The translations under genes and the position numbers were made by a program. Source: Octopus sinensis (lineage: Eukaryota). From it: 64,000 nt of DNA. The stretch's first letter is position 1; each line of letters opens with the position of its first letter. Below the pieces are notes generated by a model. The model searched no databases and was not told where the DNA came from. It saw only the letters and a list, made by a program, of their open reading frames with translations. Shown piece after piece: positions 13,151 through 25,809 of this stretch. The DNA is taken from the NCBI RefSeq assembly GCF_006345805.1, contig NC_042997.1:90458001-90522000 (forward strand), given 5' to 3'.

Positions 13151-13431
13151 TTACGTGTTGGTGTAAACGTGTGTGTTTAACGGATCAATACAAAGTGATA
13201 ACTTCGTCAGGTCCGCCTGCATTTGTCAGAGTTCAGCAAATGTGACCGCTTCAGTTTTCGCTATCTCTCTCACCTCGTTGCACGATCTAATAGCACTTTT
13301 GCTGCATATACAGGTGGCTTTGGAAACAGGTTGAAGCCGTAACGGTGTCGATGCCAGTGAACTGTTGGAAACTGGCAAGGCAATTAGCCGCTCACCTACT
13401 ATAGAAATATTGAGATAACGTCGGCTGTACA

Positions 13432-13462
<31 letters not shown>

Positions 13463-13701
13463 GTGTGTGCGTGTGTGTGTGCATGTATGTGAACATGTGT
13501 GTCCGTGTATGTGTACATGTGTGTAAAACTGCATTTGTGTTTCCTTACACACATACATACCCATATAAGTGTGCATGTGCGTGTGTAAATGAGTATGTAT
13601 ACGTTATATCAATGATGTGCGCGCGTGTGTCTGCGTATGTGTGTGTATGCACACACACACGAAAAATTAGTATATATATACATTGTATGTATATGTATAT
13701 A

Positions 13702-13740
<39 letters not shown>

Positions 13741-13809
13741 ACACACACATATATATACATACATATATATATATATACATATATACAGATATATGTGTTT
13801 GTAAAGATT

Positions 13810-13843
<34 letters not shown>

Positions 13844-15034
13844 ATATACACACACACATAATACATATATGTGCATGTGTGTGTATGTTTGTGTGTGCAT
13901 GTGTGCATACACTGGAGCAGTACCTGGTAAAAATGACAGTGTTTGTTTCTGTCTCCTTTCAGTAATTATGTTTCTACTTCAAACTTCGCTCCATTTGCTG
14001 ACTTGGTTTCGCTTTTCTTTTTTTTTTTTCATTCTCTTTTACTTCGAGCTTTTTTTCCCTCTTGTCTTCATATGTTTCATCTAGAAGCACTTCCTCGCAA
14101 TTCACACAGAACATTGACTTTCTGTGATAATCGTAGCATTCTTTTAGCAGTTGATAGACGAGTAATTTCTCTCTGTCTGTCTGTCTCTGTCTGTCTGTCT
14201 CTCTGCCTCTCTCTCTCTCTCTCTCTCTCACTCTCTCACTCTCTCCATTCAACTGCAGCCTTAAAAATAATATTCTTAAGGCCGCAATTTACTCACATGC
14301 AGCATCTTTCAGACTTTGTCGCTAATTCAGTTCTTAACCAACTGAAAACTGTCAGCATTTTTGAAGAGGACTGGTCCCTAGCTACATTTTGGCATAAGCA
14401 AATTACGATTTTGTCCAGTAGAAAAAAGTTTACATCAAAATGTGTAGCAACGTTATAAGAAAGTAACGCCTCCAATCAAGTTTAGATCAAAATAACTTTT
14501 TGTTTTATTTTAAAAGCAAAATATCTTAGGTTCAATGATAGAAGAAAGCATGAGGAATTTAATAGTTTTGGTCCCATGCAACAAACATTTGTATAAAAAC
14601 GTTGTGAGGTAAAATATCATGAAAAAATACAAGGCAAGAAAATGGATTTAAGTATAATTAAATTTTTCATTTTAAAAACAAACTATATTTTAATTAAGCA
14701 TCCATGAGAGAGCTCAATTCGAAGAATTTTATGGTAACAATCTCATGCAATGAAGTTTAAAAAAAAAAAAGTTATGAGTGTTTGTTTCTCAAATTTGAGG
14801 GTGATAATATAGTTCTATGCTTTTTTATGAATATAGTTCTATAAGGGGACTTTTAATATATGTCATCGGCATCATTGAGGTAAGGAAAAGATTATCAACG
14901 ACACCGCTAATTTTTAAAATATTATTTAGTGATTTATTAAACTTAATATTCAATTAAATTATTAATTGACACATTATTAATTAGCATAATAGCATAGCCT
15001 GGTAAAAACATGGATTACATGAGAAAATGAAAGC

Positions 15035-15842
15035 AAGAGAAATAATATTCTTAAGATAATAAACCTGGAAAATTACATGACAAGTAATTACACTTGGAAA
15101 AGTTCAGGACAAATTATTGCATCAGGTAAAGTACAAAACAAGAAAATTTTTACTTAATATATCGCAGCTAAGGATAAAAATTGAATATTCATTTTAATTT
15201 ACGAAGTAACATTATAATTACAAAAGGTACTATCAATTTGTTAAAATATTGACACACTAGAATACTTTAAAAAATGAGAGCCAGAAGTACCAATATAGCT
15301 AAAGTTTTATGCAAAATAGAATAGTATATATGGTAGACAAATTCATTACGTAAAAAATAGGCATTGGGTCAAGACTAAAAATGTGAAGACTTGGCAATAA
15401 CTTAGGCAAATTTTACTGTGAATTTGTTGTTATATTTTACTGTAATATATAACTAATTTTTGTATTATTCTATTTATTGTACTAATTATGTACTACTATT
15501 ATTTTTATAACCTATTTCCAAATTTCTAATTATTAATTAATAATTTTAAAAATTAATCTTTTTAACGTGCAAAAATATTTTAATTGAATTAACAAGTAAT
15601 AAAAAAACTTATAACTTGTAATAAAATTTTTAGTTTTAATAAAAGCTAATATTTTCTAAATCTAAATACATTATTTGAAATTTTATCCTTAGCTGCAATA
15701 TTTTAAGTAAAATTTTTCTTGTTCTGTACTTTACCAGTAATAACTTGACCTGAACTTTTCCAAGCGTAATAACTTGTCCTGTACTTTTCCAGTTTCATAA
15801 TCTTAAGAATATTATTTCTCTTGCTCGCAGTTTTCCATGTAA
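15035..15842. repeat. Diverged ~150-bp inverted repeat pair around a ~500-bp AT-rich spacer
   Basis: 15035-15183 (…GCAAGAGAAATAATATTCTTAAGAT…GGAAAAGTTCAGG…GCAGCTAAGGATAAAA) is the reverse complement of 15678-15842. Confidence 0.8.
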
Positions 15843-15853
15843 TATATATATAT

Positions 15854-15908
<55 letters not shown>

Positions 15909-16559
15909 CATACATATATACATATATACATATATACATATATATATCTACAAGAATAAAGCACCATAAAAGGTAGAATTATAAATAGCAATGATCGTAC
16001 TTCATGTTCTTCCGCTTTGTGTCCTGTACACAATGTGTATTTTTCATTTTATTTATCTATAATTGAATGCCACTCAGCCTTGACTACGGTAAGTCCTTAC
16101 CTCTATATATGATTTCTGCAACTACATACTGTTTTGTTTCTTTCTCTCATCGTCTCTCTTGTCCCCCTTCCCCTCGGCTTTTGTTAATTACACAGGCCAT
16201 TTTCTCGCGCGCCTGTCTTTTCTTGACTAGATGTGCACCGGGTTGGACGTCATTTTATGTTTTACTGAAGAGTGGCAGAAATAGCCTGAAACCAGGACTG
16301 GTCTGCCGGTACCGTCGCTAGAAAGTGGTAGGGGTTCGCTCCTCCGCTTGCAATTTATCGCATACTGCCCTGCATCGTTAACCAGCTAGAAGAGATATCC
16401 TTTTGGAGTTAAAATATCGCAGTAGAGTCCGTTTGCACAGACAGCCATGTTGAAGTGGCTAGGAATATTACCCCCGACATTTTTCTTCTACTATTTTCCT
16501 CTCTTCTAATTATTCTATTCTACTATTTTCTAACGCCGATTATTTCCTGTGTTCTTATC

Positions 16560-17238
16560 TCAGGCCAGGACTGAATACATAAACAAGTGCCTGTCCAACA
16601 GTGATTGCATCATCCATACTCTCAATAATGCGCCCTTAAATATGGTTTCTGATTACAAATATCTTGGGTCATACGTATCATCATCTGGAAAAGACTTTCT
16701 AACTAGAAAGGGTATGGCCTGGTCAGCCTGTAATGACATGCATAAGATCTGGTCATCAAATCTAAGTAGAGACTTCAAACTTGAAATCTTCAAAGCCACA
16801 GTCGAACCAATTCTACTATATGGCTCAGAAACCTGGACGTTATCAAAGAAGCTTGAGAGGCGGTTGGATGGAACCTACACTCGCCTCCTTATGAGAGCTC
16901 AAAATCTCTCGTGGAAGCGCCATCCAACCAAAATGCAAATATATGGGAAACTACCACCTGTGTCATCTCTTGTGAAAGGTAAGAAATTCCAGTTTGCTGG
17001 ACATTGCTGTAGAGTTGAAAAAGAGGTAATTTCTACTCTTGAAAAAGAGGTAATTTCCTCTGGAAGCCATCTACTCGCAATACCAGAGGGCGCACACTCT
17101 CCTGCCCTGATGTAATCTCCAGGGATACAGGCATCCAGCAACAGGACCTCCGTAATGCCATGATGGACCGTGAAGTCTGGCGTAGCATGGTAAATTCCAT
17201 TGTCTCGACCATGGTCGAACAATGATGATGATGAATGA
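16560..17238 (+). mobile_element. 5'-truncated RTE-clade LINE 3' end
   Basis: ORF 16549-17115 contains YKYLGS...VEPILLYGSETWTL...TYTRLLMRAQNLSW...FAGH, the RT thumb/C-terminal region of RTE elements. It ends in a (TGA)n tail at about 17222-17238. Confidence 0.9.
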
Positions 17239-17530
17239 TTATCTCCCCCTTGTAAACATAAGGACACAGGAAATGTGTCAAGGCTGACAGGAAGCGTTGC
17301 TGCTTCCTAGGGCTAAATAGCAGAAGTCTGATTCCCATCATGGGACTGTCACATTAAGTTGACAGTATACAACTACTCTATCGTACCACTACTGCATATA
17401 TCTCTCTGAGATATTTAGAAATGTAATATTTTTATTTTTGTAATCAGTGGATTTATTTCACTAGAATTCTTATATGTTTACAAGGGCTAGGTGGACATCT
17501 CCAACTAGCAGGTTCATCCAACTAGCAGGC

Positions 17531-19207
17531 TCACAGAAGTGTTTGTGTCGGTTATTTTGTATTTGCGGTTTTGAATTGGATTTGTCGATTATTGTTGTTG
17601 AAAACTGTTGCGTCGTGTTGAATTGTTGGATTTTTTGTTGGGTATGCCAGCCCAAACTTATGCGGGAGCAGCAGGCAAAGGCCTGGCTGCGAACGAATTA
17701 CAGTTGGAAGAAATAATTGTCGAAAAGGAAAATTTGAGGACATACTACGACAGCTTCAAGAAGGAATGTGACTGTCTGAGGGTTACACCACCTGAAGACG
17801 AAGTGAAAGAAGCGGAGAAAAAAATCGTAACATACAGAACGTAGAATGTGGTCTCAAAGAGAATAGAAGTAGCAGAGGTGGAAGAGATTGAGTAATGTCT
17901 ACAGGAAATTAAAGGAAGAACTACCTTCTACAATAGAGGTAGAAAATACGCTACGGTAGACGTCCGTTTTGAAAATGAAGACGAAGCGAAGAGAAACGCC
18001 ACGACAGTGTTGAGATAGGAAAAATGGGTTTTACTTCCTAGTTATTGTGGGAAAATAGCAGTGAGGATACGAATAAGCAAAATCCCACCGGAACTTGATA
18101 CCGAAAGAATAGTAGCTGCAATTATCTACAACTGCAAAGAGAGCGTGGACATACTTAAGGTGGAAAAGTCGAAAGAAATAAACTGGTGGGGTTATGCGGT
18201 GCAGGCTTCGGTCCACATAACCATGCCAGATTTGTACAACATCTTGAGGAGATGGTGTTCCCCGACGAGACACGACTGAGAGTCGTGGTGGAGGGGATAC
18301 CTCCAGGTGTTATAAATGTAAGAGCAGAGGGCACATGAAGGATGTGTGTCCTCAAAGAGAAATACAAGAGAAGACGATAACACTGGAGGAAGGAATGGAG
18401 GCTTTGACAGAGGAGTTAGAAAAGGAGAATGTAGAATTGCAAGCGGAAGAGGAAATCGTGACAACAAATAATGAGGAAAGTGGCGACGAGTTAGTGAAGG
18501 AGAAAGAAAAGGAAAGAACAGAAGAAAAAGATAACAGAAAGCGAACACGGATGGAATCACCACCCAAAGACCAAAAGAAGAAAAAAGCTAAAAAGAAGTC
18601 TGCCGACGAGACTGAGGAGAGAACACACGAAGGGAGAGATATAGCAACTAAAGTGAGTGAAGGTTCAACATGGGATGAAACGAAAGAATGGTCAACAAAA
18701 GTGGAAGAATGTCTGAAAACATGCAAGGAAGGAGGAAGACCAAAAGGAAGAAATCTCAAAGCTGTAATGTTGTACAAAAAGGATAAAGAAATTGAGAAAA
18801 AATTAGCGATAATGAAAAATCTAACGAGAGTGAAATTGAACTCGAGGATATACGATAACCAAATAAAGGCTGCAATTGTGGATAAAGAGACGGTAAATGA
18901 ATTAATAAATGTGTTTACAAATACAGCTGTGTGCATTGCGCACTACGTTCGATATGACAGTTTGCCCGGCGTTATAGAACAGGATGAATTACTCGTTTAA
19001 ATTACTGACGAACACCCCAGATAGTACAACTGTAATTGTAAATGAAACTGCGAGCTTTGGGGGGCTCGTAGGCCATTTCATTTAATTCATTATTTATATT
19101 TCATTTCATATCATCCTTTCTGTATTTTTGTTATATGTACCCCATGTCCTGTATTGTATTGTTATGACCCCTCTTCATTCGGGCCATTGTGCCTATAATA
19201 AAGATAC
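17531..19207 (+). mobile_element. ORF1-only non-LTR element (L1/Tx1-type gag-like ORF1; HAL1-like), degenerate
   Basis: 13-bp TSD CCAACTAGCAGGC at 17518-17530 and 19208-19220. Broken ORF from MPAQTYAGAAGK (17644) to a stop at 19000, with zinc knuckle CYKCKSRGHMKDVC (CX2CX4HX4C, 18308-18349) and a Glu/Lys-rich tail. AATAAA at 19197. No EN/RT is present. Confidence 0.8.
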
Positions 19208-19230
19208 CCAACTAGCAGGCCATGCTACTC

Positions 19231-19270
19231 CAGACTGATGACGAGCAAAGACTCAGAAACTAGTCTCCGA
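19231..19270 (+). ncRNA. Minimal type I hammerhead ribozyme (stem I with mismatch)
   Basis: CAGA CTGATGA(19235) C-GAG-CAAAGA-CTC-A GAAA(19256) CTAG TC TCCG. Palindromic stem III ACTAGT and a GUC site. Confidence 0.65.
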
Positions 19271-19565
19271 ATGCAGGTTTAGCTGGGTGGAGGTGCTTAT
19301 CTCCCGCTTGTAAACATAAGGACACAGGAAATGTGTCAAGGCCCACAGGAAGCGTTGCTGCTTCATAGGGCTAAATAGTGGAAGTGAGTTAGAACATTAA
19401 AACTTAGAGTGCATGGGCAGTAGAGATCAAGGTCAGCCTTTGCCAAGCGGCTTCACTCTGTGTGCTTTAGCTTCGTTACCATGACAACAGTCTGAATGCT
19501 TATTGATCAGACCCCGTAAATGTATGCATGTATGTATACACACACGCTCACACACACACATATCA

Positions 19566-19613
<48 letters not shown>

Positions 19614-20349
19614 GTGTGTGTGTTGTGTGTGTGTGTGTGCGTGTGTGTGTTCGTGCGTGCTGGCCAGTAACCAGTACGAAGCAGTCGCGACAGTTTTCTT
19701 CGTATAAAGTTTAGTACTAAATTTATGATTGTTAGCTAATGATATATGAGCACGATACGGAAACTGATTTATACTTACGTTATATATGTAGAATGTACTA
19801 AGCACACTTGATTTTTATTAAAATAAATTCATGCTTGTATTTCGCCAAAATATTTTAGTCCAATAAATATATAAAGTATTTACTGTAGTCTAAATATCAT
19901 AAGTAAAAAATAATTATATTAAATGTTCGGCTGGAAATTAGTAAGATTACTTTTTACGCGTAATATTTTTGCCAAGTTGCTCCATATAATGATATTATTT
20001 GTTTTTATTACGGGCATAATTGAATTTATATATTAAATAACACTTCGGTCTAATTTTTTAAAGCCACAAATCTCTAGATTCTAACCGTCGTAAACCACAG
20101 TTAATAATAATGAGAAAATACTTCAAAAGGAAAATAAAAATTATCTTTGTATGGCTTACACAGTTTTTTCGTTTGAGAGCTGATTTGAACAGAGTTGGAG
20201 TGAAACTGCTGTTTAGACAATATAGATATGATATCTCAACGCTATAGTTAATAACAGCTTGCTAACCTCAGTTTTAGGTGCAGTGTTATGCCTTATAAGG
20301 TGATGATTTTTTTCATTTTTATAAATGTAGGCTTAACTTTATTTATTTT

Positions 20350-20770
20350 TTGTGACGGTGTGGTAAGAATATTGCTTCCCAACCACATAGCTGTGGGTTC
20401 AGTCTCATTGCGTTGACTTTGGGCAAGTGTCTTCTACTATTGCCTCTGGCTGACAAAAGCCTTATAAGCGGATTTGGCAGACAGAAAATGAAAGAAGCGC
20501 GTCGTGTGTGTGTTGTGTGTGTGTTGTGTGTGTATACATGTGTGTGTGTCTTTGTGTCAGTGTTTGTCCCCAACCCCCGCCTGACAACCGGTGCTGGTGT
20601 GTTTACTTTTCCGTAAACTAGCTGTTCGGCAAGATAGACCGATAGCATAAGTACCAGGCTTTAAAAAAATGAGTACCGGAATCGATATATTTGTGTAAAA
20701 AATTATCCAAGGCGGTGCTCCAGTATGGTCGCAGTCTAATGACTAAAACAAGTAGAAGATAAAAGATAAC
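20350..20770 (+). mobile_element. SINE family A
   Basis: Homologous to 39622-40003. Confidence 0.8.
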
Positions 20771-21609
20771 TTCTACACTGCGAACTTTCTGATTTGTCCC
20801 AAATACTTGAAGGCTTTTTAGTCCTTCCAGTTTCTCTCCATCTATCTTTATATTTACTTTCTTTTTCTTCTATCTTATTAATGATCATCGTCGTCGTCTT
20901 TTACATTCATATTTAGGCCTCTCTTGTCACTATGATCTTTTACATCAGCAATTTCTTTGGTAATTTTCCATTGCTCTCATCCATTAATGCTGTATGATCG
21001 ATATATCTTATATGGATACCTTGTTAGAACACTGAATTCCAGCATTTTTTGCCTTGAGAGATCGCCCCCAAATATGCGCTTGATGCATAAAGGCACATAC
21101 ATAGATCGTAGAAGGCGAAATTCATCTGTCATGAGCGCTAATAATTAATTTTTAATAAGCCTGCTGACTATTTGCAGCATCAGCGTGTGAAAAGATGTTG
21201 ATATTCTATATACCGTAGCAGCGAGATTTGACTAGCAAGCAGTGACCGGTACTTCCCACTGATAAAGTCCAATAGACCGATATCACGTGGTATGGGAATT
21301 CCGGTGCACGTCACCACACTACTTCCATCGCTAATAATTATCATATATTATTTATATTTATGCCTTTGACTATGAGTCATTTGATATCATTTGACTCTCT
21401 GTTTAGTATCCCAGTTTAGATATTAAATAGATATATCGATAACATACATCCTTGTCTTACACCACTTTTGATCTCTGCTGGTACTGAGAAATCTTGATTT
21501 ATTTTGATGGCTGCCATTTAGTTCCAATGTAACAAATAAATGATTTTGATGTCCTTACTTTCTGAACCGGCTTTTTCTAAAGAGGTGATGAGCTCTCTGT
21601 GGTGTACAA

Positions 21610-22012
21610 GCCTCGCTAGTTGGAAACATGGACAATGTACAGAGCAATGGAAAACAAAATAGATACCCTTGAGGAGTGGATCTTTCGTGAATTGCACAAA
21701 ATAAGCTAGAAAAACAAGATAAAAACGCTGCAATATTAAAAATCTAGAAGTTCAAATACACCTGCTGTCGAGAATCAAGTCCATAAATCTCTTATACTTT
21801 GAACATACAACGTACCACGACTCATTGCCTAAGAACAAGAAGTGTGGAAGGGAAGGCTGCAAGAGGCCGTCAAATACGTTTGTGAATTGATGACATCAAA
21901 GATTGGACCGGAAACAAAACCTTGGTTGATTGTGTGCATGCAGTACAGCACAGAAGGAACTGGAGAATTTTGGCAAGCCGACCCCTGAACACAAGGAAGG
22001 CACCTGACTGAG
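21610..22012 (+). mobile_element. Degenerate RTE-clade LINE 3' fragment
   Basis: Manual translation: ETWTMYRAMENKIDTLEEWIFRELHKIS...VEGKAARGRQ...IDDIKDWTG...RRNWR. Confidence 0.75.
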
Positions 22013-22209
22013 AGCTGATGATAGTAAATAATAAGCAGCTAAAAGTCAAAATACCAAAGTAGATGTTTGCAATGAATTACCATTTCTTAAAACTAGCTAT
22101 ATAACTTTTCCAACATACGAATGGAAACTACTGAATAACATCGCAAGGTGGGAGAAAGGCATCCGCTAATAAAGTAATCACTAAATCATTTTCTTATAGC
22201 TAATATGTT

Positions 22210-22585
22210 CTTTTATTCGTTTATTTGTTTCAGTCATTTGGCTACAGCCATGCTGGAGCACAGCCTTGAATGATTTTAGTCAAACAAATCAACTTATCTT
22301 TTAAGCCTAGTACTTATTCTATCAGTCTATTTTGTCGAACTGCTAAGTTACGGGAGGTAAATACAACGACAACGGTTGTCAAGCAGTGATGGGGAGACAA
22401 ATACAGACACACAGATATACACACATAGACATATACATATATGTATGTATATACGACGGGCTTCTCTCAGTTTCCGTCTACCAAATCCATCCACAAAGCT
22501 TTGGACGGCCCGAGGCTATAGAAGACATTTTCCCAAGGTGCCACGCAGTGGGACTGAAACTGGAACTATGTAGTTGGGAAGCAAG
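22210..22585 (-). mobile_element. SINE family A
   Basis: Homologous to 9986-10468. Confidence 0.8.
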
Positions 22586-23579
22586 CTTCACGCTTATATA
22601 CTATATTTTCAGTAAAAATATCTACCCCCCTTCTCCCTCTGTCTTCCCCCTTTCTCTCACTCTCTCTTCACTGATGGAGAGCCCTTCACTCAATCTTCTT
22701 GTCTCCTTACCGATGTTTCTCGTATACTATAACAATGCATTGCACATGTATGTATTGTTAATCAGAATACTGTTTTACAATCGCAATAAAATGAATTTAC
22801 ATATCTCTCTTTCAGAACTTCTCCAAAACTAGTTTCCCATACTTTTGCATGAAAGAATTAAAACATTAAGTTTTCGTATGAATGAATTATAAAAATGATT
22901 AATGTTATTTTTTCGTCATCATATAATTATTTCTAGTTAAATTTTAACTGTTTATTCATTTAAATGTATACAAATTACGTTAACTATTGTATTTTATTCT
23001 TTTTTTGTATGTGTGTGTGCGTGTGGATGCCCTCCACGGGTTATTGTATAAACAATTCTATTTCCCTGCATCAACCAATATACAATAGTGATTCTCATAT
23101 CAATATTCCGTTAAGTATAATAAAGTCGATGCTTATTAATGAGACCGAAACTTATTCTGAGTGTAATTAAAATAGTATCAGACATTAACTAATTTCTTTC
23201 TTTTACGACGCTTCATAACTATTTCAAGTTAGCTTTTTAGTGTTCTTGTATTAAAAGTGTTAGCACCAAATTATCTAAGTATTTTAAATATTAATCTGCT
23301 ATTGAACTATACTATTCAATCTCCACAAAATTTCTCACAGATTATCAGTTAATTTAATAGTCATTTAGCGCTAGAGGCATAGGTTATTTGAACTAATGAG
23401 CAACTTAGGAAAGTGTCACGCCTCGAATAGAAGTTGGCGACGATAGTCAATCCCAAAAGTATGAACAAATTAACAACTGAAATTTTAATGGCATTCCTGA
23501 GACACTTAGTGTTCTTTTAAAGTTCAGGTCAGTGCTTATCTTATTTACTAGAATTGATATCTTTTATATTATTATATTC

Positions 23580-23976
23580 TTTTCTACTCTAGGCACAAGG
23601 CCCGAAATTTGGGGGGAGAATTCCAGTCGATTAGATCCGACCCCAGTATGCAACTGGTACTTAATTTATCGACCTAGTAAGGATGAAAGGCAAAGTCGAC
23701 TTCGGCGGAATTTGAACTCAGAACGTAAAGACAGACGAAATACCTATTTCTTTACTACCCAGAAGGGGCTAAACACAGAGGCGACAAACAAGGACAGACA
23801 AACGGATTAAGTCGATTACATCGACCCCAGTGCGTAACTGGTACTTAATTTATCGACCCCAAAAGGATGAAAGGCAAAGTCGACCGAGGCGGAATTTGAA
23901 CTCAGAGCGTAACGGCAGACGAAATACAGCTAAGCATTTTGCCCGGCGTGCTAACGTTTCTGTGAACACACCGCCT
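23580..23976 (-). mobile_element. SINE family B, dimeric variant
   Basis: Two tandem copies of the GGATGAAAGGCAAAGTCGAC...GGAATTTGAACTCAG segment joined by a fixed linker. The same layout is at 31615-32008. Confidence 0.8.
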
Positions 23977-24085
23977 TCGTTTATATTATATTAACCAGGT
24001 AATTATCATTATTTATTAGTGGGGTGTGGGAGGAGGGTACTAATGAAGAGAGGAGGTAGGTAGGAGTGAAGAGAGAAGTTAGGTG

Positions 24086-24997
24086 TCAGATGAAGAGAGG
24101 AGATGCGTTGAGCCCATATAGTGCAAATGAGTGAAGAGAGAAGATTAATTCCTGTTCACAGCGAAGGCGGGAGTCCGGGTGGCCCTTGTGCAAAAGTAGT
24201 CTGAACACAGACAGATGTTGTAGTGAATGACCGGTAGAGCGGAAATGCCGCGAGGCCGGGATGTTATTGCGGAGTCTGATGTCTCAGAGGAGCTTCGCGA
24301 ACCGGTCAGCCAAGCGGCGTTCCATTTGACTGTTGTACAGGGAAGAGCAGAAAGAGCAGGAGATGCAGTAAATGACGTTACTGGAAGTGCAGGTAAAGGA
24401 GTCGGTGATGTGATGGGGACGATGATGGGTGCTTGTGAGGACGGTGGTGTTGGAGAGGTAGAGACAGGTGCGACAGCGTGGACGGATGCAAGGGAGGCGG
24501 GGTTAGCTAAGAAAATGTGGACCAGGAGGTCACGCAGGTTATGGGCTCGATGGAAAGGGGTAAGTTGAGGAAGAAGTGCAAGGTCGAGGGGTCGGACTAG
24601 AGTCGCCGAAAGGCTCGAAGAATGATGCGTTGGTAGGGCAGTATGAAGAGGTGGTAGGAGTTGGGAAACGGAAGACGAGCAAGGGCAGTGTGGATAGTGG
24701 TGAGGGGATATCCACGTAAGATGAAGTGGTGAGCCATGAGTTGAGACTGAGTCTCAAAGTCATGGTTGTCACTGCAGAGCCTGCTCAGACGGAGGAATTG
24801 GGAGTAAGAGATGGAGAGCTTGGTGTGGGTAGAATGGGAGGAGGAGAAGTTAAGGTAGCAGTGTGAGTCAGTATGTTTGGAGTAGATGGAGGTAGTGAGA
24901 GCGGAATGCTATATACTGGCAGAAATGTCGAGAAATTAGACAGAAGAGTTAGAAATAGTGCAGAAGAATTCGAGGGCAGGATGAAAGGAAAGGACAA
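24086..24997 (-). mobile_element. Penelope-like retroelement (Neptune-type) RT C-terminus plus GIY-YIG endonuclease, degenerate
   Basis: Manual translation: SFHPALEF...FLDIS...[21 protein letters not shown]...[12 protein letters not shown]...RGYP...NLRDLLVH...CIRPRCRTC...FTCTSSNVIYCISCSFC...RRLADRF...HF...EQELIFSL...GLN. Confidence 0.9.
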
Positions 24998-25145
24998 ATA
25001 TACACGCATATGTGTGAGTCTATATATATATATATATATATATATAGTAAATTCCCCGCCCCCCAAAAAACGAAGAACAAACTCAAGAAAAAAAGTAACG
25101 ACGCGAAGACGCGGTGTGTGGATGTGTGTTGTGTGTGTGTGTGTA

Positions 25146-25176
<31 letters not shown>

Positions 25177-25232
25177 CATAAATATATGTATGTATATATA
25201 TATACATATATACATGTACACACATATATATG

Positions 25233-25274
<42 letters not shown>

Positions 25275-25327
25275 TTGAAAATGGATGCGTGGCGTTCAAT
25301 TAAATAATAATATAAATGATATATATG

Positions 25328-25358
<31 letters not shown>

Positions 25359-25388
25359 CTATATATTATATATATATATATATATTAT

Positions 25389-25454
<66 letters not shown>

Positions 25455-25480
25455 GTATATGTATATGTATTACTTATATT

Positions 25481-25577
25481 TAGCCCAAAATGTTTAAAAA
25501 CATAAATGCCATGATCTAAACCGATACCAGTTGTTTCCTTCTTACCTTCACTCTGCTGTGCATGTATGTATGTATGC

Positions 25578-25631
<54 letters not shown>

Positions 25632-25790
25632 CATATATACATACTTACATGCAGGTATACATACATACATACATACATACATACATACATACATACATAC
25701 ATACATGCACAGCAGAGTGAAGGTAAGAACAAGAAAAAAGCTGGTATCGGTTTAGATCATGGCATTTATGTTTTTAAATATATTTGGCTA
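25481..25790. repeat. ~90-bp inverted repeat around a microsatellite spacer
   Basis: TTTAAAAACATAAATGCCATGATCTAAACCGATACCAG...CTTACCTTCACTCTGCTGTGCATGTAT (about 25481-25575) is the reverse complement of about 25695-25790. Confidence 0.85.
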
Positions 25791-25809
25791 GTATGCTGTC
25801 AGCGGACGC

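Larger units (their letters stand above)
17239..19385 (+). repeat. Hammerhead-containing ~368-bp monomer repeat (about 1.25 units) interrupted by a LINE-derived insertion
   Basis: An ~89-bp direct repeat occurs at 17239-17327 and 19297-19385. Removing the 1677-bp insert plus one 13-bp TSD copy leaves a 368-bp period. Confidence 0.7.

Noticed and set aside
18335-19000. 221-aa charged ORF as a host gene
   Set aside because: It lies within a TSD-bounded insert, in frame with a retroelement zinc knuckle and preceded by stops and frameshifts.
19005-19056. CTGACGA...GAAA in the 3' UTR of the ORF1-only element (similar hits at 13204 minus, 53181 and 59474)
   Set aside because: No coherent stems I-III or NUH site; the 59474 hit is PLE coding sequence.
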